Assembly (NCBI GenBank): GCA_052325545.1
Contig: JBKQUP010000037.1
Coordinates: forward strand, 48,459 to 112,458
From: Thermoplasmata archaeon
Lineage (GTDB): Archaea; Thermoplasmatota; Thermoplasmata; Lutacidiplasmatales; UBA184
Direction of reading: 5' to 3'
Length of the DNA stretch: 64,000 bases
Under the pieces are notes generated by a model. That model was not told the origin of the DNA, did no database searches, and saw only the letters and a list, made by a program, of their open reading frames with translations. Positions 1-8,398 of this stretch are shown one piece after another (the first letter of the stretch is position 1; each line of letters begins with the position of its first letter). Made by a program: the position numbers and the translations under genes.

Positions 1-128
1 GCTTCGAGGATCTCGAGGGCGAGCATGGTCTTCCCCGTACCGGGGGGCCCCCGGATGAGCATCGCCTGGGGCGCCGGGCGATTCAGGAAGAGGCTCAGCT
101 CGGTCGGGAGATTGAGATTCGCCGCCAT
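1..128 (-). CDS. Partial CDS (N-terminus only, runs off the left edge): KaiC/RecA-like P-loop ATPase
   Basis: Reverse complement from ATG at 128 reads MAANLNLPTELSLFLNRPAPQAMLIRGPPGTGKTMLALEILE, with Walker A GPPGTGKT. TATA-like box about 45 nt upstream. Confidence 0.5.
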   Translation of the reverse strand, partial: MAANLNLPTELSLFLNRPAPQAMLIRGPPGTGKTMLALEILE

Positions 129-170
129 CGCAGGTCAGCTTGGCAGAGGCGTAAGTACGGTCCCGACGGG

Positions 171-180
171 TTTAAACCTA
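171..180 (-). promoter_or_regulatory. TATA-box-like element (TAGGTTTAAA on minus strand) upstream of the partial ATPase gene
   Basis: AT-rich TTTAAACCTA in a GC-rich background, 43-52 nt upstream of the ATG at 128. A near-identical TAGGTTTAAAA lies upstream of rplX at 43966-43976. Confidence 0.3.
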
Positions 181-441
181 TGTCAGGGCGGGGCGACGTA
201 CATGCTCGCCAAACCCGCAAGGAGCGACGCCTGTGCGCCGGGATGGCTAGGCCTCGAGCCCGGGCCGAGGATGACCCGGACGCCCGCGATCTGACCAGAC
301 CGGGGCCCTCCTTCGGTTCGTCATACGGGTCACACACAAAGATGAATACCTGATGATTTCTCGAAACCCTGTCGGTAGGGAGGGCTAGCCCCAGGACGCC
401 AGAACCTCCGGGGCGGGGGCCTCATTGCCGGAGCGGTTACC

Positions 442-1656
442 ATGGTGGCTTTCGACGCGACGGACACCCTCTTCATGCTCATCGCGACCGCGCTCGTAAT
501 GTTCATGACCCCCGGTCTCGCGTTCTTCTACGCGGGCCTGGTCGGACAGAAGAACTCCATTTCCATCATGATGCAGAGCTTCGCCGCCCTCGGGGTGACG
601 ACGCTCCTGTGGGTATCTGTCGGGTATTCCCTCTGCTTCAGCGGGGATTTCCACGGTGTGATCGGGAACCTCAACGAGGCGTTCCTTCTAAACGTCTCCT
701 CGACCACGGCGTCCCCGGTGAGCTCGGGCATACCGCTCTACGTCTTCTTCGCGTACGAGATGATGGTGGTGATCATCACCCCGCCCCTCATCACGGGGGC
801 GTTCACCAACCGGGTCAAGTTCGGGGCCTACATCGTATTCCTCGTCTGTTGGCAGCTGTTCATCTACTACCCGCTCGCGCACATGGTATGGGGTGGGGGG
901 CTCCTAGAGCAGTGGGGAGTGCTCGATTTCGGCGGAGGGATCGTGGTCCACGCCATCGCGGGAATGAGCGCGCTCGCGTGTGTGCTCTACCTCGGGAGCC
1001 GGTACGTCCGGGACAAGCCCCAGAACCTCCATCTCGCCGGGATCGGGATGGCGATCCTCTGGTTCGGCTGGTTCGGCTTTACGGCCGGGAACGCCTTCGC
1101 GGTGAACAGCGTCGCCGTCGTCGCGTTCATCAACACGGCCATCGCCGGGGGAATCGCCAGCTTCGTCTGGATGATGATGGACTGGACCTTGGAGGGCAAA
1201 CCGAAGTTCATCGGGTTCTTGACGGGGGGTCTGGCCGGCCTGGTGGTCATTACTCCGGCGGCGGGGTACGTTTCACCGGCCGCGGCGATGCTGCTCGGAC
1301 TGGCGGCCGGGATCATCTGCTACCTGGCGATCGCCTTCAAGAACCGGCGACATTGGGATGACGCATTGGACGTCTGGGGCGTGCACGGCGTGGGTGGGAT
1401 CCTCGGGATCGTGCTGCTCGGCGTGTTCGCCTCTCAGGCCGTCAACCCGGCGGGCGCCAACGGGCTGTTCTTCGGTGGGTATACGTTCTTCGGAAAGGAG
1501 GTCGCGGCCGTCGCCTTTGCCGCCGCGTTCGCGTTCACGGTGACCTACCTGATCCTCTTCGCGATCGACCGGCTCATGGACGTTCGCGTGCCGAAGGAAG
1601 TCGAGGTAACGGGGCTCGATTGGGAGCTCCACGGCGAAGACGTCCACGGTGAGTGA
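442..1656 (+). CDS. amt: Ammonium transporter (Amt family)
   Basis: 404 aa, multi-TM. N-terminal LIATALVMFMTPGLAFFYAGLV and internal GGIVVHAIAGMSAL, WFGWFGFTAGNA and DVWGVHGVGGILG are typical Amt/MEP motifs. Confidence 0.9.
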   Translation: MVAFDATDTLFMLIATALVMFMTPGLAFFYAGLVGQKNSISIMMQSFAALGVTTLLWVSVGYSLCFSGDFHGVIGNLNEAFLLNVSSTTASPVSSGIPLYVFFAYEMMVVIITPPLITGAFTNRVKFGAYIVFLVCWQLFIYYPLAHMVWGGGLLEQWGVLDFGGGIVVHAIAGMSALACVLYLGSRYVRDKPQNLHLAGIGMAILWFGWFGFTAGNAFAVNSVAVVAFINTAIAGGIASFVWMMMDWTLEGKPKFIGFLTGGLAGLVVITPAAGYVSPAAAMLLGLAAGIICYLAIAFKNRRHWDDALDVWGVHGVGGILGIVLLGVFASQAVNPAGANGLFFGGYTFFGKEVAAVAFAAAFAFTVTYLILFAIDRLMDVRVPKEVEVTGLDWELHGEDVHGE

Positions 1657-1814
1657 GACCCGCCCCGCCCGTTCCGGATGGACCACGTGACCTGAGCGGG
1701 GCATCGCCACGACCCCGACCTCGCGGGAAGAGCGGAGGGCGGTGGACGGACGTTACGCTAAGGTCAGGCAACGGCCACACGCCCGATCGGTGAGATCGAC
1801 CGGGTCGGGCGCAC

Positions 1815-3077
1815 CTACTCCGATGTCGGGTAGTACGCTTCCTCTCCGAAGTGGACCTCGTCCAGCCCGGCCTTCTCCTCCTCGGCGCTCGTTCGCAGAG
1901 GCGAGAAGTAGTTGATCACTCGCAGGATGACGTAGGTCCCGAAGAAGGCGAAGGAGGCGACCACGGCGACCGCGAACATCTGAAGCAGCGCGAAGTGGAC
2001 GTTCCCGTAGACCAGGCCGTTCTGGCCCGCGGCGTTGATCGCCACCGAGGCGAACAGCCCGGTCGCGATCGTTCCCCACATCCCTCCGACACCGTGGCAC
2101 GCGAACACGTCCAGCGAGTCGTCCAGCTTGGTCCGCGCTCTCCAGCTGGCCACGAAGTTGCAGCCAACGCCCGCCGCGACCCCGATCACCATCGAGAACG
2201 CGGGGCTGACGTAGCCCGCGGCGGGAGTTACCGCCGCAAGTCCGCAGACGAACCCAATGCACATCCCCACGGCGGAGGGTTTCCCCTTCCGGATCCAATC
2301 CAACAGCATCCAGCTCACCCCGCCGGCCGCTGCCGCGAGGTTCGTGGTGACCAGCGCGTTGACCGCGATGTCGTTCGCCGAAAGGGAACTACCCGCGTTG
2401 AACCCGAACCACCCGAACCACAGGATGGCGGTTCCGAGGATCACGTATGGAACGTTGTTCGGGCGGCTCTCCTTGCCGAAGTCCACGCCCCGTCCGATGA
2501 CGAGAGCGGCCGCGAGAGCACTCACTCCCGCGGTGGTGTGAACCACCATTCCCCCGGCGAAGTCCTCGACCCCCATGACGTGGAGCCAGCCGCCATCGCC
2601 CCAGACCCAGTGGGCCACCGGGAAGTAGATGAACGTCACCCAGGCGAGGATAAAGATCAGGAGCGGCTTGAGGCGGATCCGGCCGGCGAACGCGCCGATG
2701 ATCAGCGCGGGGGTGATCGCCGCGAACTTCAACTGGAACGCGAAGTACAGGAGCGCGGGAATGGTTGAGGAGTAGGCCGTGTTCGCGGAGGAGCCCACTC
2801 CGTTTAGGGCGAAGTACTGGAAGTTCCCGATGAACCCGCCCAGCGTGGAATCGCCGAAGGTGAGCGTGTATCCCCAGATGGCCCACGCGAGGCTCACCAC
2901 GCCGAAGATGGCCATGCACTGGACGATGGTCGAGACGAGGTTCTTCCGCCGGACGAGCCCGCCGTAGAAGAACCCCAGACCCGGGGTCATGATCATCACG
3001 AGCGCCGTGGCCGTGATGACCCAAGCAATGTCACCGGAGTTGCACAAGGCACCTGTCGCGGGGATGCAGACTACCAT
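1815..3077 (-). CDS. amt: Ammonium transporter (Amt family), second copy, convergent with the first
   Basis: 420 aa with TALVMIMTPGLGFFYGGLV, GGMVVHTTAGVSAL, WFGWFGFNAGS and DVFACHGVGGMWG. GGAGGAG Shine-Dalgarno-like sequence just upstream of the ATG. Confidence 0.9.
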   Translation of the reverse strand: MVVCIPATGALCNSGDIAWVITATALVMIMTPGLGFFYGGLVRRKNLVSTIVQCMAIFGVVSLAWAIWGYTLTFGDSTLGGFIGNFQYFALNGVGSSANTAYSSTIPALLYFAFQLKFAAITPALIIGAFAGRIRLKPLLIFILAWVTFIYFPVAHWVWGDGGWLHVMGVEDFAGGMVVHTTAGVSALAAALVIGRGVDFGKESRPNNVPYVILGTAILWFGWFGFNAGSSLSANDIAVNALVTTNLAAAAGGVSWMLLDWIRKGKPSAVGMCIGFVCGLAAVTPAAGYVSPAFSMVIGVAAGVGCNFVASWRARTKLDDSLDVFACHGVGGMWGTIATGLFASVAINAAGQNGLVYGNVHFALLQMFAVAVVASFAFFGTYVILRVINYFSPLRTSAEEEKAGLDEVHFGEEAYYPTSE

Positions 3078-3384
3078 AATCCACTCCTCCTCAGCAGGCG
3101 GGCCGAGGGCAGCCCGCGGGCTTTTCGGCTTTTACCGTGTCAGGTTAAGAAGGTTGCTCGAAAGGGCTCCGCGCCGGCCGCAACCTCGAGGGCCGCGCGG
3201 AGAAACTCCGCCCGGTACGGAGCACGCGACCACCCTACCGAAGTCGAAGGGACACCGATTTTCCGGGCAAGGTACGGGCCGAAGGCGGTGCGATCCGGGT
3301 CGATGAAGCTGGCGGTTCTCGGGTCGGACCGGACCCGGGCCGGCTCGCTTCGGCTGGCCCCGGAGTTCCCCCAGGGGAGAGCTG

Positions 3385-3987
3385 CTACCGGCTCCCCAGG
3401 ATCTTCTCGCAGAGAGTGCACAGGTGAAGCGGGACCTCGACCGAGGCCCTCGAGGCCCCCGGTTCTCGCTGCAGGGGTTCGCGATCGCCGGCGTGGCTGG
3501 CGTGCCACTTGATGGGAGCGCCGTCGACCGACCACTCGACCGGCAGCCGATGGGTCACCCGCTCGAGAGTAAGCGGGAGCTTCCCTCCCGTGGCGAACCC
3601 ACCCCGGATCTGGTTCAATCCATCCTCCAGTTTGGTGGTGATACGTCGTTCCTCGGCGAGCAGGTCCTCGATCAGCTCGCCCATCGACCGCGGGTCCTCG
3701 GCACGCTTCTCGCCCGTCTTGGCGATCTCCATGAGCTGGTCGATCCAGGGCATGAGCTTCTTGTACGCCGTCGGGTCGCCGAAGACCTGCCGGGCGTTGA
3801 TTCGGAAGTGCGGGTCGCCGCTTTCCTCGTCCTTGAGCCGTTGGAGAAAGTTGATCCTGCGACGCTGCTCGTCGATCTGGCTCCGTGCATTGCTGAAGTA
3901 CGAGAGATACACTTTGGTGCGGATCTCCTCGTTGAGGCGGTCGAGGTCCACTTGCGTCCGTCCGCAAATGTAGCACGAATCGTCCAT
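3385..3987 (-). CDS. Hypothetical protein with a split zinc ribbon (N-terminal CYIC, C-terminal CTLC) flanking a charged, helical-looking middle
   Basis: 200-aa ORF with non-Arg-biased composition. CxxC pairs at both termini. Same strand as, and 96 nt downstream of, the repeat protein. Confidence 0.5.
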   Translation of the reverse strand: MDDSCYICGRTQVDLDRLNEEIRTKVYLSYFSNARSQIDEQRRRINFLQRLKDEESGDPHFRINARQVFGDPTAYKKLMPWIDQLMEIAKTGEKRAEDPRSMGELIEDLLAEERRITTKLEDGLNQIRGGFATGGKLPLTLERVTHRLPVEWSVDGAPIKWHASHAGDREPLQREPGASRASVEVPLHLCTLCEKILGSR

Positions 3988-4083
3988 CGCCGCCTCTCGG
4001 GTCGCGCGGATTCCGCGGGGGGTATTAGCTCTTGAGTTTAGCGGCTCGCCGAGGCACAGCGGAACCTCGGGCTGGGGCGATGC

Positions 4084-5544
4084 CTAGCAGGCGGGGCAGC
4101 GACAGAAGCGGCCGTAATCGTACTGTCGGTCCTCGTGGGTGTGCCCGGCGCTCCAGCAGAGCTCGCAGCGTTGCTCGGTCGCGAAGCAGTCGTGCCACCG
4201 GATGCCATGCTCGTTGAGCAGGCGCCGGCGGCGCTTCAGGAACTCCTCGCCGGACCGCTCGGCGAGCACCCCCAGGAGGAGGTAGCCCGCGCAGAGCAAG
4301 GCGACCCAGGCCGTGACCGCCACCGAAAGCTCGGCGAGGCCTTGGGACGTAACGGCGGTAATACTGGCGAACTGCCACAATCCCACCCAGAAGAGGACGC
4401 TGACACCGAGCAGTCCCAAGGGCCGGTACCGGTCGTAGGTGGGGATGTCCAAGAGGGTCAGCACGGGAACGGTCGTCGCCGGAGCGGGAACGCTGCCACC
4501 TTCCGCGGTCCCCGGCGGGAGAGGGACGACCTTGGCCGCCGCCACCGCCAGGAAGTAGTCCAGCGCCGCGTCGCTGCCGATTGCCCGGATGACCCCGGAC
4601 ATGCGGAGAAGGCCCTCGGTCGTAAGCGCCGCGACCGCCTTCGTGCTCTCGATCACACGGAAGTACTCCTTGGCGGGGCCCCTGCCGATGGTTTCCGCGA
4701 AGAGGAGGACGTTCTCGTTCGTGAGCGCCGCGGCGGCCTTCGTCTCCCGGATCGCGCGGAAATAGTCCGCGGCGACGCGACTTCCCAGGGAGCTCGCCAG
4801 CGTAAGCACGTTCCCGTCCGTGAGTTCGGCGACGGCCTTCGTCTCCCGAAGGGCCAGGAAGTACTCCTTGGCGGCCTCGCCGCCGATGGATCGTGCGAAG
4901 GAGAGGACTCGTTCGCTCGTCAGCTCCGCGACCGCCTTCGTCTCCCAGAAGGCTCCGAAGTATTCCACCGCGGCATCGCTGCCGATGGACTCCGCGAAGG
5001 TGAGGATCGTCTCGTTGGTGAGCTCCGCCGCCGCCTTCGTTTCCCGGATCGCCAGGAAGTACTCCACGGTCGCCGGGCTGTCGATGGACCGGAAGAATTC
5101 CACCGCCTTGAGAACCCTCTCGTTCGTGAGTTCCGTGACGGCCTTCGTCCCCCAGATCGCCCAAAAATACCACTCGGCGGTGTGGGCGTCAACGGACCGG
5201 GCAAAGGCGAGGACCCGGTCGTCCGTGAGCTCCGCGACGGCGCGGGTCTCTTCGATGGCCCGGAAGTAATCCCGGGCGGCAGGGCCGCCGATGGACGCGG
5301 CGAACTCCGCGATCTCGGAGAGCCTCTTCGCCCGCCCGTCCACCGTCGGGAATCCCTGGCCAACCTGGGAGACAATGAGGCGCAGCTCCTCCGGGCCGCA
5401 GCCCGCCTTCGCGAGCGTGCGGAGGGCCTTCTCCTCGACGCGCGTAGGATGTTGCTCACGTCGTCCGTCCGCCAAGGGAACCTCTCCGGCCCTGATTGCC
5501 CCGAGAGGAACGATAAACATTCCGTGTGACGGGCGTTCGAGCAT
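4084..5544 (-). CDS. Membrane protein with eight tandem 33/36-aa helical-looking repeats, two predicted TM helices and a C-terminal Cys-rich zinc-finger tail
   Basis: Track ORF is 4084..5850. Its first ~100 codons overlap the divergent GtrA gene region, so I prefer the internal ATG at 5544 (alternatives 5661, 5520). Repeat consensus is ELTxExVLxFAxSIGxxAAxEYFxAIxETKAVA. Hydrophobic stretches LGLLGVSVLFWVGLW and VAVTAWVALLCAGYLLLGVL. Tail CELCWSAGHTHEDRQYDYGRFCRCPAC. Confidence 0.6.
   Translation of the reverse strand: MLERPSHGMFIVPLGAIRAGEVPLADGRREQHPTRVEEKALRTLAKAGCGPEELRLIVSQVGQGFPTVDGRAKRLSEIAEFAASIGGPAARDYFRAIEETRAVAELTDDRVLAFARSVDAHTAEWYFWAIWGTKAVTELTNERVLKAVEFFRSIDSPATVEYFLAIRETKAAAELTNETILTFAESIGSDAAVEYFGAFWETKAVAELTSERVLSFARSIGGEAAKEYFLALRETKAVAELTDGNVLTLASSLGSRVAADYFRAIRETKAAAALTNENVLLFAETIGRGPAKEYFRVIESTKAVAALTTEGLLRMSGVIRAIGSDAALDYFLAVAAAKVVPLPPGTAEGGSVPAPATTVPVLTLLDIPTYDRYRPLGLLGVSVLFWVGLWQFASITAVTSQGLAELSVAVTAWVALLCAGYLLLGVLAERSGEEFLKRRRRLLNEHGIRWHDCFATEQRCELCWSAGHTHEDRQYDYGRFCRCPAC
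4525..5331 (-). repeat. In-frame tandem coding repeat array (about 8 units of 99 or 108 nt) inside the CDS above
   Basis: Protein residues about 174-442 (track numbering) form units ending ETKAV/ETKAA/ETRAV. The periodicity is also visible in the opposite-strand and out-of-frame translations of the same DNA. Confidence 0.75.
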
Positions 5545-5707
5545 GTCGGTGGGAAACTCCTCGGCGCCCCGAACCCGGCCCGCGAACTGAGCGGTGGACG
5601 GGTCGGGACCCAATCGAGGGTACGCTCCCCCGCCGTGGGCGCGCAATCCCGCTCGGTCCATCCCCTCTATATCAGCCACGGAGGTGCGCCCGAGCGGTAT
5701 CGATCCA

Positions 5708-6217
5708 ATGACCGCCGCGGAGGTTCGTCCGAAGTCGGATGAAGTCCGGGTCCCGGTGAGCGGACTCGTGAGGTACGGCAAGTTCCTCCTGGTCGGGCTC
5801 ACGGGAGTGTTCGTGAACCTTGCGGCATTCGTCCTGACGGTGGATGCCATTTCCGGTACCCCTGTCTCGAACTTCTATTCGAGCGTCCTCCACTTCGCCT
5901 CCAAGACGGCGGCCAACCCGTTCCTCTACTTCGTTGGAAGCGCGGTGGCGTTCGGAGTCGCCACCCTGTGGAACTTCGTGCTGAACAGCGTGTGGACGTT
6001 CAGGACCGATGTGGGTCACAAGTACTCTCCTACGCGCCGGCTCGAGCTCTACTTCGGCGTCTCGCTGGGCTCGCTCACGGTCAACGAGATCGTGCTGTTC
6101 GCCACCGAGGCCACCCTGCCGCCGTTGATCGGACAGGGGTTCGGCATCATCGCGGGAAGCGCGGTCGGCTTCGTCGGTAACAACCGCTACACTTTCGCAG
6201 AAGTGAGCCGGCCCTGA
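5708..6217 (+). CDS. GtrA-family membrane protein
   Basis: The internal ATG at 5708 gives 169 aa: RYGKFLLVGLTGVFVNLAAFVL ... ATLWNFVLNSVWTF ... GFVGNNRYTF. The four-TM GtrA-like pattern includes the conserved W-x-F repeats. Confidence 0.7.
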   Translation: MTAAEVRPKSDEVRVPVSGLVRYGKFLLVGLTGVFVNLAAFVLTVDAISGTPVSNFYSSVLHFASKTAANPFLYFVGSAVAFGVATLWNFVLNSVWTFRTDVGHKYSPTRRLELYFGVSLGSLTVNEIVLFATEATLPPLIGQGFGIIAGSAVGFVGNNRYTFAEVSRP

Positions 6218-6245
6218 CTCGACCGCCTCCTTCTTCGGGGGCGTC

Positions 6246-6464
6246 ATGAAGCACTTCTACATGGACGCGCCCACCGACATGGGCTACCCCCTTCGCATCG
6301 ACCTCCTGCTCATCTACGATCGGGATCAGCTGGTACCCGCGGGAAAGGTCGACCCGGGTAAGCGTCGTGTTCGTCCTCGGCTCGAGCCTTTCTTGTTTCG
6401 ATTCAAGGACCCGAAGAAGAAGCCGGAGGCCCTGCTCGGATTGGTCAAGATCCCGTCGGCGTGA
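6246..6464 (+). CDS. Small hypothetical protein (72 aa)
   Basis: ATG start 28 nt after the GtrA stop. GC3-rich codon usage like neighbouring genes. No recognisable motif. Confidence 0.4.
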   Translation: MKHFYMDAPTDMGYPLRIDLLLIYDRDQLVPAGKVDPGKRRVRPRLEPFLFRFKDPKKKPEALLGLVKIPSA

Positions 6465-6476
6465 TCGATGTTTCGA

Positions 6477-6496
6477 GTTCAGAGGCTACTCTGAAC
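6477..6496. terminator. Perfect 8-bp hairpin (GTTCAGAG-GCTA-CTCTGAAC) between convergent genes
   Basis: Read directly: 6477-6484 pairs with 6489-6496. It lies 13 nt after the stop of 6246..6464. Function as a terminator is inferred. Confidence 0.3.
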
Positions 6497-6630
6497 ATGC
6501 ACCGGGTACCCTCACCTTCCGACTCGGGAGAGGGGAACCACGGTGGCCCCACTGAGACCGGACGCCCCCCCACCGGCCAGTGGGTCGCCCGGGCGGATCG
6601 GCGGGCCTCGTGATCCCTCGGGCGGGGACC

Positions 6631-8199
6631 TTAATCGATCACAGAGACGGTCGCGGCCGCCTCGTTGGAACAGTACGCGTCAAGGTTGCTCGGATCGTAG
6701 GCGAACCCATCCACGGGCCCTTTTCCAAGGATGAGGGTGGTGACGCGGGTATTGGTCGTGGAGATCACCGTCACGTTGGTCGTCTGGGGCGTCCCCGTGG
6801 TGTTCGAGTCGCCGGCCACGAGCATGTCCTTCGTGCCGGGGTCGTAGACGCCGACGAGCGGATACTGCTTGCTCGGGATCGGGGAGCCCACGAGAACGTT
6901 GGTGGTCCCATTGATGACGTAGGTAGCGTTCGATTGGCCACAGGGCATGTAGATGTCTTGGGTGGCCGGGTCGTAGCTCGAGACCAGCGCCTCCTTCCCT
7001 ACGGTCACCGTGGCGACGACGGCATTCGTCGAACTGATCACGGTGACGACGCCGTTGGGGAACTTCCCGGTGGTCGCGTTCGGTGACCCCGAGCTGACCA
7101 CGAACACCTTGTTACTCGTGGGGTCGAGGGTGGCGGAGATGGGCAGCTTCGCGACTTTCACCGTCGCTACGATCTTGTTGCTCGAGGAGAGGACGGAGAC
7201 GTTCCCCGTCTTGGTGACACCCTTGGTAAAGTACCCAGCATCGAGGGCGTACACATCCTTGTTCGCCGGGTTGTAGAGCAAGGAGCTCGGATAGTTCCCG
7301 GTGAGAGTGACGGTCGTCACCGCGTTCGTCGAGCTGTTCACGATGGACAGCGCGTTCACACTCGAATCGGCGACAACGAGGTCCAGGGTAGCGGGGTCGT
7401 AGAGGAGGGACGACGCACCGACCCCTACCTTGATCTTCGTGACCGCGTTGGTGGTCGGGTTGATCTTCGAGAGGTTGTAGAAGACGGAGGTGGGAGGCGC
7501 GAACTCGTAGGAGAGGGCGTAGACCGCGCCGTTCGTCGGGTCGTAGACCAAGTTGTAGATCTCGGTGGCGCTGATCGAGACGGTCGCGGCGATCGTGTTG
7601 TTGGACCGGATGACGGTCACGCTGTGCGACCCGAGGTTGAGCACATACATTCGCGCGTTGTGCGGGTCGTAGAGCAACGTCTCCGGTTTGGTCCCCACCG
7701 TGAGCGTCTTGACGACGAGATTCGTGGTGCCGTTGATTACGGAGACCTTGCCGGCGCCCGAATCCGCGACATAGATCTCCTTGTTGGTCGGGTCGTACGC
7801 CACTCCCACCGGCGCCTTGCCCACCGCGACGTTCTTGAGGACCGAGATGGCCGCGTCGGTGGCGAGCCCGCTCGGTGGGACGGTGGCCCGAGCATGGACC
7901 GGAGTGCCGGCGGCCATCGCCGACGCCGAGGAGAGAGTCAACAGAACGAAGATGACCGCGAACGCGATTCCCACAGCTCTCACAGAGTTCCCTAGCACGG
8001 ACCTTACCCGACCTCCTCGGGCGGTGGCGGACCCACTACATAGAACCTTCCTTCCGCTCCGCGGGTTTTCGCAACGCCGGCCGACCCGATCGCCTCGTCG
8101 CTCGAGCCGGGGACGACCGAACCGGTCATTTCTGACGTGAAACCGGGCCGTTTCCGCCCCGGAAGGGGGTTCTACCTCGGCGGAATGCGAGCTGCTCAA
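6631..8199 (-). CDS. Secreted or membrane-anchored YVTN-type beta-propeller repeat protein
   Basis: Repeated ~40-aa units such as P.GVAYDPTNKEIYVADSGAGKVSVINGTTN and P..LLYDP....MYV.N.GS..V.VI. N-terminal hydrophobic anchor AVGIAFAVIFVLLTLSSASA. The likely true start is the GTG at 7998, preceded by GGAGGT. The track start at 8199 adds 67 Arg-rich residues. Confidence 0.75.
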   Translation of the reverse strand: MSSSHSAEVEPPSGAETARFHVRNDRFGRPRLERRGDRVGRRCENPRSGRKVLCSGSATARGGRVRSVLGNSVRAVGIAFAVIFVLLTLSSASAMAAGTPVHARATVPPSGLATDAAISVLKNVAVGKAPVGVAYDPTNKEIYVADSGAGKVSVINGTTNLVVKTLTVGTKPETLLYDPHNARMYVLNLGSHSVTVIRSNNTIAATVSISATEIYNLVYDPTNGAVYALSYEFAPPTSVFYNLSKINPTTNAVTKIKVGVGASSLLYDPATLDLVVADSSVNALSIVNSSTNAVTTVTLTGNYPSSLLYNPANKDVYALDAGYFTKGVTKTGNVSVLSSSNKIVATVKVAKLPISATLDPTSNKVFVVSSGSPNATTGKFPNGVVTVISSTNAVVATVTVGKEALVSSYDPATQDIYMPCGQSNATYVINGTTNVLVGSPIPSKQYPLVGVYDPGTKDMLVAGDSNTTGTPQTTNVTVISTTNTRVTTLILGKGPVDGFAYDPSNLDAYCSNEAAATVSVID

Positions 8200-8398
8200 A
8201 ACTCGTTATCGTTGCACCGAAATGAGGGCCTTTTCATCGGATGCGCGCTTCTCTCCGTGTCGGCGGCCGTCATGGTGCTCGACCGGTGGCGAAGCGCTTC
8301 TCGAAGACGGTCACGACCCGCGGACTCCTCGAGAGCAATGGCAAGTGTGCACGGACGCATCTTCTTCTCCGGGCCGACCGAGCCGGATCGGGGTGGGT

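Noticed and set aside
351-356. TGATGA (C-box-like) upstream of amt, considered as a C/D box sRNA
   Set aside because: No CTGA D box or C'/D' pair lies at the expected spacing downstream, and the preceding base is C rather than a purine.
4525-5331. Interpretation of the 33-aa repeats as TALE-like DNA-binding repeats
   Set aside because: The resemblance is only a by-eye pattern (LTxExV..A..xGGxxAxE). The positions equivalent to the TALE RVD are nearly invariant here and the protein is membrane-tethered. I kept it as an unassigned solenoid.
6466-6476. CGATGTTT upstream of the 6477-6496 hairpin as a fourth M1 copy
   Set aside because: Only 8 nt match and the flanks differ, so it is not distinguishable from chance.
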